A stretch of DNA of 62,044 bases, the filler included, from Globobulimina sp. (lineage: Eukaryota): assembly GCA_003354225.1 (NCBI GenBank). It is 25 parts of 25 records of this genome, joined end to end, with 100 filler letters (N's around TTAATTAATTAA, not from the genome) between each part and the next. Parts side by side here need not be neighbours in the genome. Positions count along the whole stretch, not along the records: positions 9,952 to 12,338 come from PIVH01006975.1; positions 12,439 to 14,825 come from PIVH01006976.1; positions 14,926 to 17,312 come from PIVH01006977.1; positions 17,413 to 19,798 come from PIVH01006978.1; positions 19,899 to 22,284 come from PIVH01006979.1; positions 22,385 to 24,770 come from PIVH01006980.1; 19 more parts are not named here. One strand, 5' to 3'. Each line of letters begins with the position of its first letter. The first letter of the stretch is position 1. The notes under the pieces are model-generated. The model was given only the letters and a program-made list of their open reading frames with translations. It had not been told where the DNA came from and did not search any database. The position numbers and the translations under genes were made by a program. This document shows, one piece after another, positions 11,592-23,026 of the stretch.

Positions 11592-11797
11592 TATGCGATG
11601 AATAATGACGACGGTAATCATATATTGCTCCAAATACACCACCAAATTCTCTGCAAACCACGCTCCAAATAGACATCTATTTTGTTACATTTTTGTAGTA
11701 TCATTTTTTAATACATCCCACAAATCTGTTGAACACTTGTTTCTGTATTACGCTTCTGCGCCAATATGTTACAGAAAAAACTGCAAGTTTGTTTGAG

Positions 11798-12338
11798 ATG
11801 ATTGTTATGCGAAAACTATATCTTCTGCATGTCCGAAGAATTAGCACCAATCAAAGCAAATGCACAAAATGCAATATTCAGCAACCAGTCTCTGAGTTTT
11901 ATGCCACATCTCAACGCAAAATTGATTCATGGTGCAAACATTGCAGGGATATAGGAAACAATGTACAACGACTGGATTTTTGAGCAAGTTAGTATTTGGT
12001 GCTAAACAAAGCAAAAAGAGACGATACATGAAACATGGTCTTTATGCTCCTCTGTTTGCACTGATGCAATATGATTTGCATGTGATATACAATCAACAAA
12101 ATGGAATTGGATTTTACAGTCATGTGCCGTTAATATTACGTCAATTATCTGATTGGCAAGCATCACTGGAACGAGTCAATCCGGATTTTGATTATTCACT
12201 TGATAATGTTGTATTGGATGCTTTAGAGTTTAATGGTGGCTGTCAATGGAGCACAAAGAAAGTCATGCAAATACCATCATTGATTCGTGCTGCAAGTAAC
12301 ATCACAATGGATGATTTAAACAATGCAAAAACACAACG
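11798..12338 (+). pseudogene. CxxC zinc-finger plus HNH-like nuclease protein, frameshifted near 11945-11950; 3' partial
   Basis: KCTKC...EFY...WCKHC in one frame; QQNGIGFYSHVPL...WQASLERVNPDFDYSLDNVVLDALEFN in the next; no obvious GT-AG intron bridging them. Confidence 0.55.
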
Positions 12339-12541
12339 NNNNNNNNNNNNNNNNNNNNNNNNNNNNNNNNNNNNNNNNNNNNTTAATTAATTAANNNNNN
12401 NNNNNNNNNNNNNNNNNNNNNNNNNNNNNNNNNNNNNNTTACCTTACCTTACTATTTTGTAAATATTAAATATGTCTTTAGTGAACTTTGTCAATGTCAA
12501 TATTGTTCCTTGTCACTATCATCATAAAGACTTTTAAACGA

Positions 12542-14360
12542 ATGCAAAATAATTCATCATCCATCGCAACTAAAAGTAACAGTAAAAATACCAATGAACC
12601 CGCTGGTATAAATGGCACGGAACTTGTAATAAACGTCAACGAAACAAGCAATAATAATACACCACCAACCAAAACGTTGAAATGGACAAAAATACGTTGT
12701 GACCGAAAGGCGCGTTGGGAGCCAGTGTATATAATCCGGTCCAGCGCACCGAACCGTGGCAATTGCGAGTATTTTATCGGGAAATCCATAGACAACAAAT
12801 ACCGCACCTATCATATTGATGAATTATTTGATTATCCGGATTGCCAATATGCCAAAACCGATTTATTTAACACAATGACTCAATCATTGAACATTTTATT
12901 CCACCAAACCACCGTATGAATATATCCAGAATCAATTAACTAACCCACACAAACACACATATGCATAATTAATACAACAGATCAACGAAGAGGCTGCCAT
13001 CCCATTGTATTTATATCAGAAATCATCAGAATCAGATTCCTTTTTTTCATCCTTCAACATTTTCCAACAAAATGAGCCGGATTCTAATACATTATCATTA
13101 GATGTCATCAATGAATGTGAGTTTCACGAATCCGCCGGCATCGATGAGTACGACCGCGTAGTGACCGGAGTGTGGATCACCACCAACAACAACAAGGAGA
13201 AAACGTATATGTCCATTGACAAAATCAAGACCATTTCTTACATCGACGACGTAAATATCATCAAATATGACACAGATTGCTATGCTGGCAATGATTGGGT
13301 CATTATTAATGACACTGAGGATCAGCAGCAAAAGCAACAGAAACTGCAAGCTTTGCAGGAAGAGATAATTGCTTTGCGCTTCGAACATGACAATTCATTA
13401 AAATTAATAGCCACGTTAACGAAAGAAAATGTTGGTAAACAAAAAGAAAATGTGGCATTATCATCGGAGCTGAGCAAATTGAAAGAGAGCTTGCGTCATA
13501 ACAACGAGAATAAGTTATTGCATAAATTGGATGAGAAACAGAAAGAAATTGATCGTTTGCGACAAGAGTTGATTGCTCGTTCGAATGCAAAACAATTAAA
13601 TAGCAAATTTCCAACGGTGGAGGAAGTTTGTCAGAGTTTTCGCAGTATAAAGAACCAGGAATTCCAATCCTTTCATAGCAAATTGACGAAACCACTGCGT
13701 AAACACCAAACGTATGCGAAATATAATAAGTATTATGTGAACAAAATGAGTCATAAATTATTATTTGAAACGTTGTGCAAATGCTATGCTGAAACATCGG
13801 TGTTTCATGATAATATTTATAAATCCATAGGGAATATATTGCAGATATCAGCAGTGGATGGCAATGGCAATGACAGTGGTAATGGTATTCATGGCGAGGT
13901 TAAAGAAGAGGAAAACACTACTTTAGAATTTCTATTTCATCGATATTTAACAAATAATTATGAAACAATGCAACAAAGCAAAGAGTTTAAAGGTGATATG
14001 CAGGAACACATATTTTCGCAATGTTTGAGGGAATATGAGGATGTAATAAATATATTATCAGAGCAGCAACAAAAAGAATTAATAAATGCATTTAAGATAT
14101 TTATAAGCAAGTGTTGTGATGTAAGTTGGTCGATGATTTTACAGCGACCAAAATTGTGTATATCACCAGAACAGTTTGTGCCGGAAATGAAAGTTGAATT
14201 TGATGAAAATAAACAAAATAGAATGTTAGGGTCGAGTAAGAAAGATAAATATATTTTGTATTTTGTTTGGCCAGGAATTGCACAAAATAATATTGAATTA
14301 GATAATGTGAAACCGTATGTTGTTCAAAGAGATCGGGATTTTGCAAAAATGAAAAAATGA
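12542..14360 (+). CDS. Coiled-coil protein with MIEAP/SPATA18-like C-terminal domain; intron 12914-12980
   Basis: Phase-0 GTATGA...CAACAG intron joins ORFs in frame; C-terminal CCDVSWSMILQRP...FDE...ILYFVWPGI motif. Confidence 0.6.
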
Positions 14361-14562
14361 TATTTCATCTGCTTCTTTTTAATTAGAATGACAGTCGTAA
14401 ACTTTTTTTAGTTTTTTAATGTTTTCTCTGTGACTCTGAATTTTTTGGGGGTTATGATCCGTTTTAATATACATTATCCAATGGAATATATCGTTCAATG
14501 CCAGTGCTGTCATTAACGTGCCTTCCAACAGCTAGCTATCACAAGGACAAGAATTAAAAATA

Positions 14563-14825
14563 TCAATATGTCATATAACAAATGACAGTAACAATAGACT
14601 CTGGTAAATCTTTATTAAATTCCAACAATGCCGATTTTAGCACTGTATGTAAAAGTGTTTTTATTTGGTTTGCGATTTTTTTATCACTTTTCCGTGTTTT
14701 ATAATCCAAAATGTAATAACCTCCCTTGTCTGCTCTCCATAACTCAACACTATCTGCGTACTCATTATTCAATAATAGCTTGCATATCTTTGCTTTATTA
14801 ACGCGGAAAGCAACCAATAAACAGT
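14563..14825 (-). CDS. C-terminal fragment of an ankyrin-repeat-like protein
   Basis: LLVAFRVNKAKICKLLL...DKGGYYILDY; ends in LPESIVTVIC motif. Confidence 0.45.
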
Positions 14826-14925
14826 NNNNNNNNNNNNNNNNNNNNNNNNNNNNNNNNNNNNNNNNNNNNTTAATTAATTAANNNNNNNNNNNNNNNNNNN
14901 NNNNNNNNNNNNNNNNNNNNNNNNN

Positions 14926-15603
14926 AATGCATTTTATTATCAGGATTTATCTCAGCTTTTGAATCCAAAATATAATTTGAAACAATTTGCGTATGATACA
15001 TTGATAATATTTGTTTTCCACAATTTAATGAATCACAAAATATATAGTTCATTTTTATCCGATTATAAAATCCCGAGTAAATACCATAAATATTTGATAA
15101 ATGTTTATAATTTTTATAATATTATGCTGTTTGCACTAAAAATGCCATATTATGTCTATAAATTTGGTTGGGATAAAGCAAAAGTGGCAGGAATTGTGGG
15201 TCAAATGCATGATCCAAATGGATATCAATATGTTGGCAATGGTTCCTTAGCAAAGTCGCATGAAAAATTAACACAATTTTTATCCAATAAATTTAATCAA
15301 CAAAAAAGATGGAAATCACAAATTGATAAAATCACAACCATTGATGTACATTCTGGGGACCATTCGTATGGAATTGATAAGTTATTGACCAATAAAATGG
15401 AACATGCCATGAAATTAAAACGTTTGTTTCTCGATTATGATGAACATGGTTTAATTCAATCGTTAGATTCTAAGCAAAATAAGAATGATCCGCAATTTTG
15501 GGATGGTAGTTATGATTATGTTAATGGTGGCAGTCTTAATTATATTTCATTTCTTGCCTCGTTGATTGATAGTGATGATAAGAAAGAAATTGATTTGGCT
15601 TAG
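14926..15603 (+). CDS. DUF2817 / M14-peptidase-like protein fragment (5' partial, possibly 3' truncated)
   Basis: GQMHDPNGYQYVG and IDVHSG..YG resemble DUF2817 GQY..PxGLFYGG and IDxHTGLG.YG motifs. Confidence 0.55.
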   Translation, partial: NAFYYQDLSQLLNPKYNLKQFAYDTLIIFVFHNLMNHKIYSSFLSDYKIPSKYHKYLINVYNFYNIMLFALKMPYYVYKFGWDKAKVAGIVGQMHDPNGYQYVGNGSLAKSHEKLTQFLSNKFNQQKRWKSQIDKITTIDVHSGDHSYGIDKLLTNKMEHAMKLKRLFLDYDEHGLIQSLDSKQNKNDPQFWDGSYDYVNGGSLNYISFLASLIDSDDKKEIDLA

Positions 15604-15648
15604 TTGGCATAGTGGAAAACGCATATTTTCAGAGGAATATATAAACAT

Positions 15649-16807
15649 TTAGCGCTCGCGAAGAACTTGAATGTCAACAATGAGTATCAATCCAATAAAG
15701 GTAAATATCCAATTCATTGTGTACGTTCTGACCTGAATGCAAAACAAGCCAAACAACAACAAAAATCCACAATATTTACCAATATTTCTCTTATATTTCC
15801 AATGAATATTTAAACATTTCAATAACAAATACGGCAAAAACGTTGTTATGGATACAATGATCAATGAATAACCAAAAACACACACATAATAACAGGGAAT
15901 TGTTAAAGGCCATCCATTGGCATAAAATTTCTTATTTACAAATAAGTTTGAGGTAATACACGCCGCCGATGTCATAATCCCCACCGATCCACAAATAACT
16001 CTTATCATAAAATGTTGTCTTTCAAACCAAATATCCAAATGCAACATAACTGACACATTTTGATATTTTTGTACATTAATTATTGGAAACGTTTTGTTTT
16101 ATTTTCAAAAACGGTACCGATCTGCAGCTGCAATATTAAACGCTGTACAAAAATATCATATCATCACTACCTAAGAGTACCAATCCAAGACAATAATTTC
16201 CGAAATATGAAACGCGACAAAATGTATCATCGACAGACGAACCATCGTCTTTGAGGTCGTCCAAATAAAAGCATGTCGTGTTTGGCTGCTCTGTAAAATA
16301 TATACCAAAGGTGACAACTATCATAACTGCAGAAATTGCGATCATTCCAATATATTGCATGAGATATGATGATTTTGCAATCTTTGTATACGATGTCTTT
16401 TCAGTTATGATTAGATAAAACTGTAGATACGAAGCGATGGATAAAATAGAAAACCCAACACATGAAACGGTGCATGTTTTGCTGTCGACACAAAATGAGT
16501 TTTTTTTGGGTTTTGGAGGGTCAAATACGACATCGATTGAGTCCACAGTTAATGGTAGTAACCAAATGCAAATCAATGTCAAATATAATATCCTTCTCAT
16601 GTCGTCATTCATCAATAAATATGTTATATAAAGTAAGATTTCGGGCTCTTCACCTTTATCTGCTATTGATTCTAGCTCTGCGCCAGTGGCCATATGATCA
16701 TAATCTGCAGAAAGATTGCCAGAATTTCTCTGTGCTGATGCTGCCACTATACTAGAGTCGCTCACTGCCGATGGACGCTTTCTTCCATTTGATGTGTCAA
16801 AAAACAT
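15649..16807 (-). CDS. Multi-pass membrane protein; intron 16050-16170
   Basis: ORFs 16136-16807 and 15649-16056 join in frame via TTAG|GTAGTG...GTCAG|TT (LVLL-V-MLHLD); many hydrophobic segments. Confidence 0.75.
16061..16158. repeat. Intronic foldback with perfect 15-bp terminal arms
   Basis: TGATATTTTTGTACA (16061-16075) / TGTACAAAAATATCA (16144-16158), plus imperfect inner stems. Confidence 0.93.
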
Positions 16808-16855
16808 CGGATTGCTTCCTATGATGATACGTCAAAACTAAAAATATCAAAATTT

Positions 16856-16973
16856 TTTTGAAAAACTCAAAACTAAAAATTTGAATATAAATATGTTTTG
16901 ACAAAATTAAAACAAAAAATTTCAATATAAATATTTTTGAAAAAATCAAAACTAACAATTTGAAAATAAATAG
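16856..16973. repeat. Three diverged ~39-bp AT-rich tandem units between divergent genes
   Basis: TTTTGAAAAA.TCAAAACTAA.AATTTGAA.ATAAATA-like unit three times. Confidence 0.7.
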
Positions 16974-17128
16974 TTTACAGTAATTTGAAAACAAAAATTT
17001 ATAAATAAATAAAAACCAAAAATTTGAAAAAACTAGTTTGTTATTTTTATTCTAACCAAAAAGTCATTTTTATTCTCAGCCAGTTCTCGGCAAATCACTC
17101 TCCTGTAGTCGCTCTTGTTTTTGTTACC

Positions 17129-17312
17129 ATGTTCCCATCCACGTTTTTCTTGCTTTCTGTATTGAGCATTTCGTCTGTTGTCTCGTATTTGAGTGAGATT
17201 GAAATTAATGCGATGAATATATTGTATAAAGAATGGAATGGGCCATATTGGAGTGGGTGTCAATGGAATATGACTCAAATCAATGATAGAAATCATACAA
17301 ATTATATTAATG
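17129..17312 (+). CDS. N-terminus of secreted/receptor LRR-type protein (3' partial)
   Basis: Signal peptide then EINAMNILYKEWNGPYW..CQW, resembling an LRR N-terminal cap. Confidence 0.55.
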
Positions 17313-17412
17313 NNNNNNNNNNNNNNNNNNNNNNNNNNNNNNNNNNNNNNNNNNNNTTAATTAATTAANNNNNNNNNNNNNNNNNNNNNNNNNNNNNNNN
17401 NNNNNNNNNNNN

Positions 17413-18066
17413 ATATTAATTACACAAAAAATAACATTTGGTGATAGTAATGCTGATGATGATGATGATGGCTATTCACAAGATGATGAAAAGGAGAGTA
17501 TACAGGTAGATGATAATGAATCTCAAGCAGACGTAGATTATAATGCCAATGCGAATGCATATGGTGGTTATGCATCGTGGTTAGCCAATTGCGAGATGTG
17601 TTTTTATGCGCCAATAATGTCCATATTTGGGCATGGTGGTGGTGGAGGAGGAGGTAATTACAATAATGATAATAATTATTATGATGAGCAACCACTAGAA
17701 TATGTCAATAATAATAATAATACTGACTATAATGAACCAGAGCACATATATGAGACACCGAATAATGATGCATTGACACAGAATGGTTTTGATAAAAAAC
17801 AAATGGATTATGAACAGAGCAACGATTATAATGATACAAAGCAAGAATATAAATCAAGCAAAGGAGATTATGGACACAATGACAACGATAATTATAACCA
17901 ACAGGAACAAATTAATTATGGTGGGTCCGCCGGATATTCTAAGATAGAGTCTGGTTATGTAGGAAGAGGAGGAGGAGGAGGAGGTAGTAAGATAAAAGGA
18001 TACAATCAACAACAAAAACAAGGTGGTTATGGTATTATTCAAGGAAATGGACAAGTAACATATTAA
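17413..18066 (+). CDS. Low-complexity (N/D/G/Y-rich) C-terminal fragment
   Basis: Frame is open from contig start to TAA at 18066. Confidence 0.6.
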   Translation: MLITQKITFGDSNADDDDDGYSQDDEKESIQVDDNESQADVDYNANANAYGGYASWLANCEMCFYAPIMSIFGHGGGGGGGNYNNDNNYYDEQPLEYVNNNNNTDYNEPEHIYETPNNDALTQNGFDKKQMDYEQSNDYNDTKQEYKSSKGDYGHNDNDNYNQQEQINYGGSAGYSKIESGYVGRGGGGGGSKIKGYNQQQKQGGYGIIQGNGQVTY

Positions 18067-18305
18067 TTATTGTTGTTATTTATTTCTTTTTTGGGGGTAC
18101 TGATTGTGTTCTGTCGAATAGAAGTATCTGTTTTTCACAAGTTTGTATGTGTTGTGAATGCGTTGCTGTCATTTTTTATTTCTGTGAAAACGGAAAACTT
18201 TTCAATTAAAGAATAACGTACACAACACAAAAATTCAAAACAAATACAATAGTAATACATTTAAATTTGAATAAACAATTATAAAAATAATTGATCATTG
18301 TTAGA

Positions 18306-19798
18306 TTAAGCATCATCATGTTTTTCATCAATTATGTGATGTTGATTATTATCATGATCAGTATTATGATGATTATGATTGGTAGTCGGTAACAGATATT
18401 TTGAATTTGCCATAGATTGCGCTCGTTGATGTTGTCTATTTGTCGCTTGTTTAACAACAGAATCTAAATCATCACTTCTAGACACAGTGTATGTATGTTT
18501 ATCATTATTCATAATACCAATGATATTGCCGCCAAATGATTTACGCGATTGATTCGCTATAAAGACCTCAAAACCATTATGATTATTATTATTCTCATTG
18601 CTGTCGTCGATATTATTATAATTATCATAATTATCATCACTATCATTATAATTATCGTTATTATTATTATTATTTTCTTCCAACATTTTCACTTTCTGTG
18701 TTAATCGATCAATCTCTTGTTTGGTGGACTGCAAAATAGAAAACTTAGTATCCGTCATTTCAGACAACTTATCCCTTAATTTAAGCACATCTTCGATCAA
18801 TTCATCCTTTGTTTTTGCTGTATATTGAAAAGCTATATTATTACCAAAATATGACATATTATTTTCATGATTATGGAGTGGTGCTTTTTGCATAAAACCA
18901 ACTACCATATCGACATCATCATCATCCCCATCACTCTGATCACTGTCCTCCTCATTGTTGCTATCATTGCTATTGTTGCTATACAATGATTGTAGATTTA
19001 TTTGATTGATGTGATTGATTTGATTGGTTAAATTTATTTGATAATCGCCATAATTCATAATCATGGCAGATTTCCGATCAAAATCTCTTTTTAATTTGTC
19101 ATATTCACATTGCAATGTAAAATATGTTAATGTTAATTTGGCATTGCTCTCTCTCAATTCCCTGTACTGTGACAATAATGATTTATATTCCCTTTCTTTT
19201 GTGACCCAATCAAATTCCTTTCGTTTTGCTTTGGTATTTTTCTCTTTCAATTTTCCAATCTCAGCCTCTTGAAACTCATTCTTTGATAACATTTCATCCA
19301 ACGCTTCCTGTAATTCTTTGATTTCTCCCTCATATCTTTTCATTGTATCCTCGTACTCGGCACATTGTTGTAATAACTGATTATACTCATTTTTATCAAT
19401 CACACCGCGATCCTCATTATTTACCAATGAAATGAGTGGCGACGCAAATAATAAACTTGCATTACTTCTCTTTGCATCATAGTTATATTTAATAGGATTT
19501 CTTGGTTGTGGTGGTTCCAATGGTTCGGGCGTTAATTCATTCTCATCGTTACTCCCATCCTCATCCTCATCATCATCATTCTCATTCTCATTATCATGAT
19601 CATTGCTAAAACGGATATTAAAATGTTGGGAATAACTCGTTGAATGATTATAATTGAAATGAGCCGGTGTTAATAAGTCATCTAATTTTTCATCGATGCC
19701 AATGACTAATGAAGTCACAATCTCTGCAGATTCAGCCGAGGATTGCGAATCTTGCGACGACTCACTCAAATGCATATGCTTCATATTGTTGTTATTTA
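18306..19798 (-). CDS. Coiled-coil protein with acidic/Asn-rich tracts (possibly 5' partial)
   Basis: 492-aa ORF with heptad-rich segments. Confidence 0.75.
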
Positions 19799-20032
19799 NN
19801 NNNNNNNNNNNNNNNNNNNNNNNNNNNNNNNNNNNNNNNNNNTTAATTAATTAANNNNNNNNNNNNNNNNNNNNNNNNNNNNNNNNNNNNNNNNNNNNAA
19901 TTATAATACGTTATATTGTTCGAATCCTAGTATTCAAAGTTGAAAACCACTCTAGCTAACCCAAAAACCTTGCCAATCACAAAAGAAGTGTTTAGAAGTG
20001 TGAACCTAAAAAGTCAATTGAATCACAGCATG

Positions 20033-21040
20033 TTAATCACGATAAACTAACGGTGAATCAGGCCCGTTCGATGATTCTTCCTCATCATCGATATCACCAT
20101 CATCCGGTCCATTGTTCTGCTGCATTTCCAATTCTTTTTTCAGTTTAAAGCCCTTTGACGATTTAATTATATGTTCCTCAACTTTGACTTTACACCAATT
20201 TATAATACATTTATGACATAAACAGCAAACATATTTGCTGTATAATTTTGAATATGGACTAAAAGTAAACAACAAAGCGGAAGATGTAACCACAACATTC
20301 AAAGTCACCGCTGATGTTATCCATCCTGAGAAAAATCCAAATATCCACTCCGATATTTGTAAAATCAACGAGCTCCAAATAATAATATTTGTTAATTTAC
20401 ACATTAATAAAACAACATTTTCATTGATGCGATGTTCTTCGTTGCGAAACTCAACAATGGATTGTTTCAATTTTAATACAAAAAAAATCGATAAAAATAA
20501 ACACCAAAAAGTATCAATTAAAATCGCGGGAATAATTGCTGTAATTTGAGACGAATCTGAACATTCTTTAACTGTCATAAAATACATGTATGTGACTGAT
20601 GAAATACAGGTTGTAACACATGACAACACGTACAATGTTCTAATATATATGGTCCGTATGCGCAACATTGAATGTTCAAAAGTTATTTTTAATCTTTGGA
20701 TATAAAACCAATATAAACAAATACGCTGTAATAATAAAAATAGGAAGGTCCATGTTCGATATTTACAGCTTATATCCATTGACACGGTGATAATTGTATG
20801 GAATGTTAAGTTTGAGGCACAATATATAATACTAAATAGCAAGCACAATATACATAAAATATTGACAATTTTTCGTGTTGTGGGATGTTTGGCTTTTCTT
20901 TTTTTTAGTACTGCAAATAAAATAAAATGAATCAATGATGAACATAATAAAACAACAGATATTGATTGCAATACTAAAGCTGATATGCCTTCTGCTTTTG
21001 TTTCGAAAATTCTGCTCCATTTTAATGCAATTGGTCCCAT
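20033..21040 (-). CDS. 7TM GPCR-like membrane protein
   Basis: 335 aa, about seven hydrophobic helices, FYIQRLKITF motif after TM3, Cys-rich tail. Confidence 0.75.
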   Translation of the reverse strand: MGPIALKWSRIFETKAEGISALVLQSISVVLLCSSLIHFILFAVLKKRKAKHPTTRKIVNILCILCLLFSIIYCASNLTFHTIITVSMDISCKYRTWTFLFLLLQRICLYWFYIQRLKITFEHSMLRIRTIYIRTLYVLSCVTTCISSVTYMYFMTVKECSDSSQITAIIPAILIDTFWCLFLSIFFVLKLKQSIVEFRNEEHRINENVVLLMCKLTNIIIWSSLILQISEWIFGFFSGWITSAVTLNVVVTSSALLFTFSPYSKLYSKYVCCLCHKCIINWCKVKVEEHIIKSSKGFKLKKELEMQQNNGPDDGDIDDEEESSNGPDSPLVYRD

Positions 21041-21072
21041 GATTTAAAAGTCTTTAGTCTTTACTCAATAAA

Positions 21073-22245
21073 ATGGGATTGCTATTGACCACAATCGTTC
21101 GATGGGATCAATCGGGACGTATTGAATTCATATTTTGCAACCTTCTTTTCTGCTCATTATATTTATTTCAAGATTCACTATTAAATCAATACATAAATGA
21201 CAACAAATTATACTTAAACTTTGTATTTCATTCAATACAAATTCTAACAATTATTATTTATTTCTTTGTATCATTCAACGATCCAGGAATTATAAAACCG
21301 TTTAACACCGAAGAGCAAGAAGAGGAAATTCTTTTTAATATACCGTCAGAGGCTGAGCAGGATATCGATAACAATGACCTAGTAATTGAATCAAATCAGG
21401 TTAAACCTCGCAGACTGAATACAAAACAGTGCAAATACATCCACGTAGCCTACGCTACAAACAATGATTACACGTTTACAGTCACTGATTCCGTGCCAGA
21501 TTACAACAGCAAAATAGTGATTGACAGACAGTTATATTCAACATGGCCTTCAAACTATTGCGGGGAATGTAACTTCATTCGGCCAATACGAGCTAAACAT
21601 TGCAGAACATGCAATATTTGTGTGGCACGGTTTGACCATCATTGCCCACTGGTTAATAATTGCATTGGTGTCTATAATTACAAATATTTTGTACTGTTCT
21701 TGTTTTTTGAAGGAGCCTTACTTTGTTGGACATTATTTATTTGTATAAATACGTTATTCGATGCAGAAACGGAACAGTTACATTCGCATAAAATATTTGG
21801 ATGGATTTCTCGTTTGCTATGCTTTGTGATAACATTTATTTTGTCGTTTGAGATTGTTGGGTTGTTTTGCTTTCATTTTTATTTAGTATTTACAGGACAG
21901 ACAACTATCGAGTTTATGCGGCCTGGTGTTGTCGATGAATATTTGTATCAGGAAATGAAACGGAAACAATTGTTTGAAGAGAAACGAAATAAATATAAAA
22001 ATGAGGAGATAAAAGCTGATGAGCTGGAGGTGGAGGACAGTGATACTGACTGTGATTCGATTGGTAAATATAAATATGAATATCATGGAAATGTAAATTC
22101 ATATAAAGCATATTTTGATTTTGGATTTAGGAAAAATATACAAAATGTGTGTTGCGGACCTTTGCGGAAAGAGTGGCTGACTCCGATAAAATGTAATTTT
22201 CGGGAAGTTAAAAGTAAAGGTAGGTTTAGGGATGTTAAGCTATGA
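21073..22245 (+). CDS. DHHC palmitoyltransferase
   Basis: [44 protein letters not shown] motifs. Confidence 0.97.
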   Translation: MGLLLTTIVRWDQSGRIEFIFCNLLFCSLYLFQDSLLNQYINDNKLYLNFVFHSIQILTIIIYFFVSFNDPGIIKPFNTEEQEEEILFNIPSEAEQDIDNNDLVIESNQVKPRRLNTKQCKYIHVAYATNNDYTFTVTDSVPDYNSKIVIDRQLYSTWPSNYCGECNFIRPIRAKHCRTCNICVARFDHHCPLVNNCIGVYNYKYFVLFLFFEGALLCWTLFICINTLFDAETEQLHSHKIFGWISRLLCFVITFILSFEIVGLFCFHFYLVFTGQTTIEFMRPGVVDEYLYQEMKRKQLFEEKRNKYKNEEIKADELEVEDSDTDCDSIGKYKYEYHGNVNSYKAYFDFGFRKNIQNVCCGPLRKEWLTPIKCNFREVKSKGRFRDVKL

Positions 22246-22410
22246 CAGTGCAAATGATCCATAATAAAGACATGGATTGGATTTNNNNNNNNNNNNNNNN
22301 NNNNNNNNNNNNNNNNNNNNNNNNNNNNTTAATTAATTAANNNNNNNNNNNNNNNNNNNNNNNNNNNNNNNNNNNNNNNNNNNNGTACACGATTTATTTA
22401 TTATGAAAGC

Positions 22411-22941
22411 TCATTTTGTAACATTTTGCGAACATTTCAGCAAATACATTCTCATTTGATTCATGTTTTGGTTGCAATTGATTGCTGTTTGAATTTTTGA
22501 ATTTGTTAGAAACTGGATTTGTGTTTTGAGTGATTCGATTTCCTGATTAACATATTCCAATTCCTCATGTAATTCATCAATTGTTCTTTGTAAATAATCC
22601 GTATCTTTATAATTTTTTGTAGTTTTATGTATTTGTTTAATAACTTCATTTGATATATCTTTCAGATCTTTTGCATCAAATGTCATGTCATCAAATGATT
22701 GCGGTTTATGCATTGCTTTTATATTTATTGCTTGTTGTATCATAGAATTTAAATTAACATTTAATTTATCCTCCATCCTATCAATTAATGTCTGTTTTTT
22801 CTCAAATAAAGCACGTGGATTCTGTGATATCTCACTAATCGTTTCTGCGGCTATTATTTGAGCATCATCTGAATTAAAAACTAATCCTAAATCATCTTCC
22901 AATGATTTCAAACGTGAAGCGTCTCGTTGATGCTCCACCAT
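22411..22941 (-). CDS. Hypothetical coiled-coil protein
   Basis: ATG ORF MVEHQRD...; heptad-rich C-terminus. Confidence 0.6.
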   Translation of the reverse strand: MVEHQRDASRLKSLEDDLGLVFNSDDAQIIAAETISEISQNPRALFEKKQTLIDRMEDKLNVNLNSMIQQAINIKAMHKPQSFDDMTFDAKDLKDISNEVIKQIHKTTKNYKDTDYLQRTIDELHEELEYVNQEIESLKTQIQFLTNSKIQTAINCNQNMNQMRMYLLKCSQNVTK

Positions 22942-23026
22942 TGCTTTATCTATAGATGCCTCAAAATAATAGCCTGTGAAAGTCATTGCGCAGAAAAAAA
23001 ACTTTAAAAAACAATTCTACTCGGAA

